From Prevotella phage Lak-C1, in sequence record MK250029.1: a DNA stretch of 32,000 nt; one strand, written 5' to 3'. The first letter of the stretch is position 1. Every line of letters starts with the position of its first letter. This document shows positions 20,960 to 29,704 of the stretch, one piece after another. A model generated the notes under the pieces. That model was not told the origin of the DNA. It did not search any database and worked only from the letters and a program-made list of their open reading frames with translations. The position numbers and the translations under genes are program-made.

Positions 20960-21217
20960 ATGAGAATAGTAACAGTTAAAAATGATAAAGGTATATACAT
21001 ACCACCATTTATGTCTGACTTTACAAAAGAAGATTCAGACCTTATTGGTAAATTATGGGATATATCAACTAAACATGGATACATAGCAGATTCACTAGGT
21101 GGTACACAATGTTTAGCATTAATGTATGATGAACTTCCATGTTATTTTAAAATTTTATTTAAAAATGTAGAAAGAACTGAAGTATCATATGAAGATTATA
21201 AACGAGGTTTTTGGTAA
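20960..21217 (+). CDS. hypothetical protein
   Basis: 85-aa ORF. Confidence 0.55.
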   Translation: MRIVTVKNDKGIYIPPFMSDFTKEDSDLIGKLWDISTKHGYIADSLGGTQCLALMYDELPCYFKILFKNVERTEVSYEDYKRGFW

Positions 21218-21224
21218 TTAATAT

Positions 21225-21941
21225 ATGAAGCAAGAAAGAAAAACAGTAGTAGCAGGTCCACATATATTAAAGTTTAATATATCAGATATTAATAGAATAT
21301 TTTTTACAAGTGATATACATGCAAATCATGCGAATATTATAAAATACTGTAATAGACCATTTACAGATGTTAATGAGATGAATCATGTTTTATTTAAGAA
21401 TTTAAATGATTCATTATCAAGTATAGATAATGCTATACTTATAAATTGTGGTGATTTTATCTTTAGTAATGTAAGTACATATGATGAAATGGTTAATAAC
21501 ATTAAAGCTGAAAAAGTTTATAATATAATTGGTAATCATGATGTAAAAAACGTGTTACAGAGAAGAAATATAGTACCTTATAATGAAGAAAGTAAAGTAT
21601 ATTGGAGTACAGAACTTATTGTACAAATATATGATGATTATAAAGATAAAATAATTCTACAGTTTACAGTATCACATTATCCACATTGTGATGGACAATT
21701 CTTAGGTAAATTTAATATTCATGGTCATTTACATACACCAAAAAATGTAGAAAATTATACAGGTACAGATGCGAATATTGCTAAAAAGTTAAAAGAAAAA
21801 GCAATGACATATGATGTTGGCGTAGATGGAAATGATTATAAACCAGTAAAGTTAACTGATATATTAACAGGAAATTTAATTCAATATCAACTTAGAGATA
21901 TTGATTTTAATTATTGGAAAAATAAAATTAAAAATATTTAA
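21225..21941 (+). CDS. metallophosphoesterase
   Basis: FFTSDIHANHANII, INCGDFIF, IIGNHD, VSHYPH, NIHGHLH motifs. Confidence 0.8.
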   Translation: MKQERKTVVAGPHILKFNISDINRIFFTSDIHANHANIIKYCNRPFTDVNEMNHVLFKNLNDSLSSIDNAILINCGDFIFSNVSTYDEMVNNIKAEKVYNIIGNHDVKNVLQRRNIVPYNEESKVYWSTELIVQIYDDYKDKIILQFTVSHYPHCDGQFLGKFNIHGHLHTPKNVENYTGTDANIAKKLKEKAMTYDVGVDGNDYKPVKLTDILTGNLIQYQLRDIDFNYWKNKIKNI

Positions 21942-21951
21942 AATATTTAAG

Positions 21952-21992
21952 TGCTAATAAAGTTTATTGCAAAACTTTATTAGCATTTTTTT
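21952..21992 (+). terminator. Rho-independent-type terminator
   Basis: TGCTAATAAAGTTT-attgca-AAACTTTATTAGCA + T7. Confidence 0.8.
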
Positions 21993-22077
21993 GTATAATA
22001 ATTAATTAATATTTTGATATTTCATAGTATCAAAGAATAAATAAAATATCTAAAATAAAATAGAAAGAAAACTAAAT

Positions 22078-25000
22078 ATGAAGGTAACAAAACGTGATGG
22101 TAGTTTTGAGAATTATAGTGTTTAGACAGTTAAACGTGCAGTTAGAGAAGCGTTTAAGTCAACAAAGACTAAATACTCAAAAGACACAATTTCGAATATT
22201 GTAAGTTCTATTACGCCATATGATGGCATTCCTGTAGAAGAAATACAGGATCAGATAGAAACAAGTTTGTATTCTCATGATCAGCCTAAAGTTGCAAAAG
22301 AATTTATTCTTTATCGCAATAAGAAGAAGGAAATCAGAGAATGGGTTGCTAATAAAGAAGCATTTATTGAAAGATATAAAAATGCATCAAATACTGCAAA
22401 TAGTACAATTGATGATAATTCTAACGTATCATCTAAGAACATCGGTGTATTAAATGCAGAAATTCATAAAGGTGATAATATTCTTGTAAGTAGAGGAATG
22501 ATTACAAGAAAATTAAAAGATTTATTCCCTGATTTTAAAGCAAAACAATATCAAAAAGATTTAAAAAATCATATTATCTATAAGAATGATGAATCAAGTT
22601 TTGCTGGTGCTATAAGTCCTTATTGTGTTAGTGTATCTATGTATCCATTTCTTAATCATGGATTGGAAAAGATTGGAGGTTTATCATGTCATCCACAAAA
22701 TCTTGATTCCTATTGTGGTATGTATGTAAATCTTGTATTTGCAGTTGCAGCACAATTTGCAGGAGCAGTAGCAACATCAGAATTCTTGGTATATTTTGAT
22801 TATTTTGCACGAAAGGAATTTGGAGATGATTACTATTTGCATAGTAAAGAATTCTATAAGATTGGTCCAAAATATCGTAAGTTACTTAATGAATCTAATT
22901 ACTGGTGTAAAGATGTAGATACACTTAGAAAACATGATTTTGGTACAGATGAATTAAATAAATTGAGAGATGAACTTGTTTATAATTCGGAACGACCATT
23001 ATCTGATGAAGAACTTAAAGAATATGAAACAGAACTTTCTAAATATGATGTAGAAGGATCAATAAAAGATTTTACAAATCCTATTAAGATTGGTGATGGT
23101 ACAAGAACTATTGGTTCATGTATACAACAATTCTTCCAACAAGTAGTGTATTCAATTAACCAACCCGCGGCATCCAGAGGATTATAGTCAGCATAAACTA
23201 AAATAAATTAAAAATTACATAATCCTATATGTAATTTTACATATCTGAAATTATGTCTAATTATAGATATTTTACAAAAGATAGAGATTGGTTATATGAA
23301 AATTATGTTATTAAAGGATTAACACGAGAATAGTGTGCTAAAGAAGGAAATACAACATTAGCAAATATTAAAGAATATTTAAGAAAATGGAATATTGAAA
23401 AATCTAAATTAATAATTAAAAAAGAGGATTTAATAAATTATGTTAATAATGGATTAACAACGAAAGAAATTTCAGAAATATATAAATGTCATAAAGGTAC
23501 TATTAATAGATATTTTAAAAAATATAATATAAAAAATACTAATTATGAAATTTATGAACAATATGATGATACAAATGATTAGGAAATAATAAAATTATAT
23601 AATGATGGTAAATCTACAGTAGAAATAAGTAAAATATTTAACTGTTCAGCAACTTCCATCAGAAGTCATTTAAAACATAATGGAATTAAAAGACGTACTT
23701 TTGTCGAATCTATGTGGAATTATCATAAAAAAGAAATACCAGAAGATTTTAATGATTATAAAAAATTATATAATTTATATATTGAATAGTCAATATCAAA
23801 AGCGGAATTAGCACGGAGATATAATTGTACAATAGCTGTAATTAATAGAGTATTAAATAATTTAAATATTACTAATATTCCATATACAACAGATACTAGA
23901 AGATTAGGTAATAAAATAAGAACATATTTTAATCGATTAGTTCCTAAAGTTATAGAAAGAGATCATAATACTTGTTAGTTATGTGGATGCCATGAAAATC
24001 TTCAAGTTCATCATATAGTTCCATTTAAAATATTATTTCATAATTTATTATCAGAACATCCAGAATTAAATCCTACTGATAATTTTGATGAATTATTTAA
24101 TTTAGCAATAAAAAATAAAGAACTTAATAACATAGATAATCTTATAACATATTGTAAAAATTGTCACATGTATAAAATACATAATTTTGGTAATAACTAA
24201 AGTATAAGAGAAATTACATGTGCTGACGTTAATAAACACCTTGAATTGCGGGAAGTCCCTTAGAGCTTTATCTACAGCATATCATGGGAACATAGATAGT
24301 AGCAGATAGTATAACGACTATTAGATTGTAAAAACGATAAAGATTGGGTAATCATACGCAGCTAATTATCCTAAAGGATAAAAGTTCAACGACTATCGAA
24401 CACTTTAAAAAGTTAGTAGAGTACATAACAAGTGTTATGGAAGTGTAGGTGCAAATTTAAGAAAATTAAATTTGATGATATAGTCTAAACGGTTTAACAA
24501 ACCCTTTTAACGTGAAATTCGTTAATCGTCTATGGAAATCATAGAGCAGTTACAAACAGTAACGTACATAAAGTAACGATTTATGTAGAAGTAAAAATGT
24601 TGTAAATTTCTCTTATTTTGATAAGCCTTTCTTTGAAGGTATGTTTGGGGAATTTGTATTTCCAGATGAAGAAGGTACAAGACCTTGTTGGGAAAGTGTT
24701 TCATGGTTGCAGAAAGATTTCATGATTTGGTTTAACAAAGAGCGTCTTCGTACTATAATCACTTTCCCTGTTGAAAGTTTTGCATTGGTATATAAGGATG
24801 GAAAGTTTGTAGATGAAGATTCTGCAGATTTTGTTGCAGAAGAATATTCTCGTGGTCATTCATTCTTTACTTATATGTCAGATACTGTTGATTCATTATC
24901 AAGCTGCTGTTTCGATGGTGATACACCATTTATGTTTGTAGAACCTCTTAATATGGAAGAGCATGGTGGTAATAATGCATATATGGTTTCAACTATTAAA

Positions 25001-26440
25001 GATGCATATGAAAAATATAAAGATGATATAATTAATGTATATCATATGAATTTTAATGGTACTACAGGTAAATGTACAGGTGAATGGGTAAATGCAAAAT
25101 TTGTAAAAGCACAAGCTGTTCAGGAAGTACGAATTTATTTTAAACCAGATGATTTCAATCCAGATGAGTCAAGGAATGTAATGAGAGTTACGCCGGATCA
25201 TATATTCCCTGTTATTGATGATAATGGATTTATTACAGATAAAAATGCATATTTGTTACAGACTGGAGATCAACTTATTTTTGAATATGCACAATATATG
25301 GGATTATTTAGAGATGAATTCCCTGATAGAGATCAAGATTTAGTAAAACGTGCTATTTCAAAAGTTGAAATTGTAAATCTTGATGAGCCAAAGGATTATT
25401 ATTGTGTAGAGTTATGTGATAAAAATATTGAACCATACTTTTTGTTACCTAATGGAAATATTACACATAACTGTCGCCTTAAGAATAAGATTCAAACAAA
25501 GGAATTTAATTTTACAAATGGAAATCTCGGAATTCAAACCGGGTCAAAATCTGTAATAACATTAAATCTTAGTCGTATAACACAAGATTGGTTTAATAGT
25601 GTTAAGAAAACAGGTGTAACAAAAGAAAATGTAGAAGAACATTATGATGAATTGTGTCATTATTTTGGTGATATTCTTGATAGAGTATACAAATATCATA
25701 CTGCATATAATGAACTTCTATGGGATATGTATGATGCTGGTTTGCTTCCGGTATATAAAGCTGGATTTATTAGTTTGAATAAGCAATATTTAACAATTGG
25801 ATTAAATGGTCTTAATCAAATGGCAGAATTTTTAGGAATTACATGCAATATAAATCCTCATTATGAAAAATTATGTCAAACAATATTTGGATATATTAAG
25901 CAGAAGAATCAAGAAGCTGCAGGTATGTTTAACGGACACAAGCTCACGTTTAATACCGAGTGCGTACCAGCGGAAAGTCTTGCAATAAAAAATTATAATT
26001 GGGATAAAGAAGATGGATATTGGGTAAGTGATGATACAAATCTTTATGCATCTTATATTTTTAAACCAAATGACAAGAGCTTATCAATTTTCGATAAAAT
26101 TACATTACATGGTCGTGATTATATCGGAGATTTCTTAGATGGTGGTTCTGCGGCTCATCTTAATTTATCAGAGCATTTATCTAAGAAACAAATAAAACAT
26201 ATCATGCAATTTGCAGCACAGGTAGGATGTCAGTATTGGACATTTAATGTACCTAATTGTAAGTGTGAAGATTGCGGATATATATCAAAAACTCCATTTG
26301 ATAAGTGTCCAAAATGTGGATCAGTTCATATAAGTTTATATGACCGTATCATTGGATATTTAACTAAAATTTCGAACTGGTCAGATGGACGTCAACAAGA
26401 ACAAAAGACACGTGTTTATCTACATAGTGAAAATATTTAA
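22078..26440 (+). CDS. nrdD: anaerobic (class III) ribonucleoside-triphosphate reductase, interrupted by a group I intron and an intein
   Basis: ATP-cone-like N-terminus (MKVTKRDGSFENYSV[Q]TVKRAVREAF..., TAG 22123); SYFDKPFFEGMFGEFVFPDEEG; SLSSC|CRLKNKI; Zn-Cys cluster CEDCGYI...CPKCGS and glycyl-radical RIIGYL near the C-terminus. Proposed join 22078..23194, 24600..26440 keeps frame; extein-only ORF 797 aa. Confidence 0.9.
23195..24599 (+). mobile_element. group I self-splicing intron with HNH ORF inside the P1 loop
   Basis: 5' exon ends in T (TCAGCAT, 23188-23194), intron ends in G (24599). P1: TCAGCAT pairs with IGS GTGCTGA 24220-24226 with U.G at the splice site. P10: exon 2 TGTAA (24601-24605) pairs with TTACA (24214-24218). 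Core: AATTGCGGGAAGTCCC (24244 on) and P7 CGACTAT (24390) / ATAGTC (24480). Splicing restores QSAFVNFSYFDKPFFEG. Confidence 0.85.
23253..24200 (+). CDS. HNH homing endonuclease encoded in the group I intron
   Basis: 315-aa reading frame with TAG as Gln (4 in-frame TAGs); N-terminal HTH-like repeats; VIERDHNTC[Q]LCGCHENLQVHHIVPF...DNLITYCKNCHMYKIHNFG HNH/zinc-finger signature. Confidence 0.82.
24908..25471 (+). mobile_element. mini-intein (188 aa, no obvious homing endonuclease domain) in NrdD
   Basis: Starts CFDGDTPFMFVEP (block A Cys1), VTPDHIFPVIDDNGFITDKNAYLLQTGD (block B-like TxxH), ends DYYCVELCDKNIEPYFLLPNGNITHN followed by Cys+1. Excision restores SLSSC-CRLKNKI. Confidence 0.88.
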
Positions 26441-26466
26441 GTTTTTATAACCTATTTTATTTTTAA
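26424..26466 (+). repeat. 43-bp perfect direct repeat, copy 1 (nrdD 3' end)
   Basis: ATAGTGAAAATATTTAAGTTTTTATAACCTATTTTATTTTTAA; identical to 27617-27659. Confidence 0.93.
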
Positions 26467-26505
26467 TAAGTTATAACATATACTTTATGTTATAACTTAT
26501 TTTTA
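26465..26505 (+). terminator. terminator-like hairpin after nrdD
   Basis: 16-bp perfect stem AATAAGTTATAACATA / TATGTTATAACTTATT followed by T tract. Confidence 0.75.
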
Positions 26506-26571
26506 TTTAATAGTATTAAAGGTTTATCCTATTATTCAATTAGATAAATATTATAAATGAAAATATAATAT

Positions 26572-27633
26572 ATGAATTATAATAAAATTTATAATAATAT
26601 TATTAATAATGCAAAAAATCGAAATAATATAAACAATCAATACTTTGAAATACATCATATTATCCCTAAATGTATAGGAGGAACTGATGATGATAAAAAT
26701 TTAGTAAAACTTACATTACGTGAACATTTTATATGTCATGAATTATTAGTTAAAATATATTCAGATATACAATCATTAAAATGCGCATTATGGATTATTT
26801 GTATTACGACATTAGAAGCAAAAAAAGAATATATAACAAATAATATAAAATATAAAAATAATAAATTACCTATTAATCATAGAGTACAACATTTTTTAAA
26901 TGATTTTGAAAAACATATTAATATATCTTCAAGAGATTATGAATATTGTAGAACATTATATTATATAGCAACAAAAGGGAAAAAACGAACTGTTGAGCAA
27001 TGTAAAAAAATTTCAGATGCGACAAAGCATGCTATGAAAGATCCATCTAGAGTACAATTAAGAAGAAAAGGTGTATTGGGTAGTAAATTTTATTATGATT
27101 TAATAACAAATAAATCTTATAAATGGTTTCCGGGAGATCCAGATATTGATTTAAATAAGTATGCGTGGGGTAGAGGAAAGAAAATGAGTTTAAAATCAAA
27201 AACATTAATGTCTGAAAATTTATCAAAATATAAAAAAGTATATTATTATAATGATAATTTAAAATCATCTACATGCTTTTGTAAAGATTAGATAAAAATA
27301 TTACCTGATAGTTGGCATTTAGGAAGAAAATTCGGCGGATATAATAAAATGAAAATATTTATTATACCATTATTAAGAAATGTACATTTTAAATTAGTAT
27401 GTAATTAGCATTTTATTGATAATATATTTTATCATATTAATTTATTAAACAAATAGGAAATAAGTATAGGTATATTAACGATTAATGAAAAAATATTAAG
27501 TGACTTAATACAAAAAAATATTGATATTAATGATGAAAAATATATTACAATAATATATAACAATATATTAAATAATATAAACCAAATTAAAACTATTAAT
27601 AATAGCGTTTATTTAAATAGTGAAAATATTTAA
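26572..27633 (+). CDS. freestanding HNH endonuclease (353 aa with TAG read as Gln)
   Basis: EIHHIIPKCIGGTDDDKNLVKLTLREHFICHELL HNH motif; track ORF stops at TAG 27289 but the frame continues through TAGs 27289, 27406, 27454 to TAA 27631, ending ...NNSVYLNSENI*. Confidence 0.8.
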
Positions 27634-27659
27634 GTTTTTATAACCTATTTTATTTTTAA
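27617..27659 (+). repeat. 43-bp perfect direct repeat, copy 2 (3' end of HNH gene)
   Basis: Identical to 26424-26466; similarity extends about 10 nt upstream with 2 mismatches. Confidence 0.93.
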
Positions 27660-27664
27660 ATTTT

Positions 27665-27700
27665 AATGATTCCAGTATACCACTACTGGAATCATTTTTT
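27665..27700 (+). terminator. Rho-independent-type terminator
   Basis: AATGATTCCAGTA-TACCAC-TACTGGAATCATT + T tract. Confidence 0.8.
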
Positions 27701-27786
27701 ATTGATTTTTTCTAATAAAAATAGATGTTTTTAATCAACTTTTTATATGTTTTTCTATATAATTTTTAAGAAAAAGATTAAATAGT

Positions 27787-28494
27787 ATGAATTTATTTGA
27801 TAACGAATTTGATGATATAATTGATTCAGAAACTACATCTTCATCTGTTTCTACAGAGATGAGAGTTAATGAATTTAAAAAATGGAAACAAGAAGTATTA
27901 AGTTTAAAAAAGAGAAAAGATGATATATATAATCGTAGAAATATAGTTCATAATATAGATGATATAATATTAGAAGGAAATTCAGTTACTTTGATTTTTG
28001 ACTCCAATGTTGAGAAAAATGTTATATTATGTCCTATTAATTATATTATATCATGTCCTCTACCGATCAATAATATTAATATAGAAAATAATACAGAAAA
28101 TGATATACGATTAATCTTATATTCACCAAGAAAATATAATGATTCAAAATTAGAAGAGGATATTGTGAATAAGGATGATTTAGAATTGCTATCTCTTATT
28201 AACTTTAATAATATGAATATAACAGATATATTATTTAGAGGTACATTTTCTACATTTGATGATTATCATAAGTATATAGATATTGTAAAGAACAAATTTA
28301 ATTATGCTACAATATGGATGAATTATGAAACACGTATAGAACATCCTGATACTACTATAAAACCATTAAAAAGAAATAACTGTCATATATCAGCATTATT
28401 GAGATATGATGAATTAATAGATACTATTATTTACAATGATACTGTTAATATATCATATTGTAATTTTATTAATAGTGGAATATTGCAAAATTAA
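27787..28494 (+). CDS. hypothetical protein
   Basis: 235-aa ORF. Confidence 0.6.
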   Translation: MNLFDNEFDDIIDSETTSSSVSTEMRVNEFKKWKQEVLSLKKRKDDIYNRRNIVHNIDDIILEGNSVTLIFDSNVEKNVILCPINYIISCPLPINNINIENNTENDIRLILYSPRKYNDSKLEEDIVNKDDLELLSLINFNNMNITDILFRGTFSTFDDYHKYIDIVKNKFNYATIWMNYETRIEHPDTTIKPLKRNNCHISALLRYDELIDTIIYNDTVNISYCNFINSGILQN

Positions 28495-28504
28495 TTAGTT
28501 AAGA

Positions 28505-28681
28505 ATGGAAAATAAAAGAAATAAGTTATTTTACGTTATTATTATTGTACTTATAGGTGCTTGCATATATTTTGCAAGTGAAAAAACATATTATGAAATG
28601 AAGGTACATCAATTGCAAGAAACAGTAGATAGACAAGCTGGTGCAATAGAAAGTTTAGAAAGACAAAAGATTAATTATTAA
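28505..28681 (+). CDS. small single-TM protein
   Basis: 58-aa ORF below the track cutoff: MENKRNKLFYVIIIVLIGACIYFASEKTYYEMKVHQLQETVDRQAGAIESLERQKINY*; fills an otherwise empty gap. Confidence 0.5.
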   Translation: MENKRNKLFYVIIIVLIGACIYFASEKTYYEMKVHQLQETVDRQAGAIESLERQKINY

Positions 28682-28691
28682 AATAAAATAT

Positions 28692-29657
28692 ATGGATGAC
28701 AAATATTTAATTATATATCATAAAGAAGATAATGATGGCTTATTTTCAATGGCTATCATTTATAATTATTTAACAGAAGAAAAACATATAAACAGAAATA
28801 TGATTTCTTTATTTGGTGCAGATTATAATATGATGGAGAATATAAATATTCATACAGATATTATAAATCAATATGATTATGTATATATTACTGATATTTC
28901 ATTTGATACTGCAGAAACAATGAGAGAACTTAAGAAAACATATGGCAATAAGCTTACATGGTTTGATCATCATGCACCTATGATTAATAAATCAGAAGAG
29001 TTACATTTTGATGATATTCCTGGTACAAGAACAACAAAACATTCAGCATTGTATAATGCATTTACATATCTATATAATTTTGTTGGTCGAATTCCTGATT
29101 TATTTAAGGTATTATCTGCATGGGATAGTTGGAGTTATGAAGCAGAAAATATTAATTTTGATTTTTGTAGATATGTAAATATTGGTGTAAATAACAAATA
29201 TGATTTGAATACTAATAAAATTATTAATTATGTATATGATATTATATATACATATGAACCTATTGAATTATCAGCTCAAATTAATGAACTTAAGGATTTA
29301 GGTAAACTTGAATGTAATATTATAGATAGAAATAATAAGAATCTTATTAAAACATATGGTGATTTTACATGGACAGTTGGACCTGATAATAGAAGTGCAT
29401 GTGCATTGTTTATTCAGAAACCTACAAATTCACAAATATTTTCTTCATGTAAAGAGAGAGTTCAGAATGGTATTGTATTTAAGCGTCTAACTGATGGTAT
29501 GTGGGCAATATCATTATATAATCCTATTGATACGCATGAATTTCATTGTGGTAAATTTTTACAGGAATATTATCATGGTGGTGGACATGAAGGTGCAGCA
29601 GGCGCACAAATAACAGAAGATGAATTTATTAAAATTTTAAAAGCTAAACATATTTAA
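28692..29657 (+). CDS. DHH/DHHA1-family phosphoesterase
   Basis: YHKEDNDGLFS, DISFD, WFDHH, and C-terminal GGGHEGAAGAQI (DHHA1 GGGH motif). Confidence 0.82.
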   Translation: MDDKYLIIYHKEDNDGLFSMAIIYNYLTEEKHINRNMISLFGADYNMMENINIHTDIINQYDYVYITDISFDTAETMRELKKTYGNKLTWFDHHAPMINKSEELHFDDIPGTRTTKHSALYNAFTYLYNFVGRIPDLFKVLSAWDSWSYEAENINFDFCRYVNIGVNNKYDLNTNKIINYVYDIIYTYEPIELSAQINELKDLGKLECNIIDRNNKNLIKTYGDFTWTVGPDNRSACALFIQKPTNSQIFSSCKERVQNGIVFKRLTDGMWAISLYNPIDTHEFHCGKFLQEYYHGGGHEGAAGAQITEDEFIKILKAKHI

Positions 29658-29660
29658 ATT

Positions 29661-29704
29661 AAATAGGAGAATAGTTTTTCGTATACTATTCTCCTATTTT
29701 TTAT
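29661..29704. terminator. bidirectional terminator between convergent genes
   Basis: AAATAGGAGAATAGT ... ACTATTCTCCTATTT 15-bp stem, T tract on the plus side; sits between convergent CDSs. Confidence 0.75.

Noticed and set aside
23755-23775. Possible frameshift/pseudogene in the intron HNH ORF near the A-run
   Set aside because: On recount the line coordinates give one continuous frame from 23253 to TAA 24198-24200 (945 nt, divisible by 3) with only TAG codons inside.
24522-24704. Minus-strand 60-aa ORF across the intron 3' end
   Set aside because: Overlaps the intron tail and nrdD exon 2 on the opposite strand; no independent support.
27289-27291. TAG taken as the true end of the freestanding HNH gene
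   Set aside because: The frame continues 114 more codons through two further TAGs to a TAA, ending with the same peptide as NrdD (VYLxSENI*); in a TAG=Gln genome the longer product is preferred.
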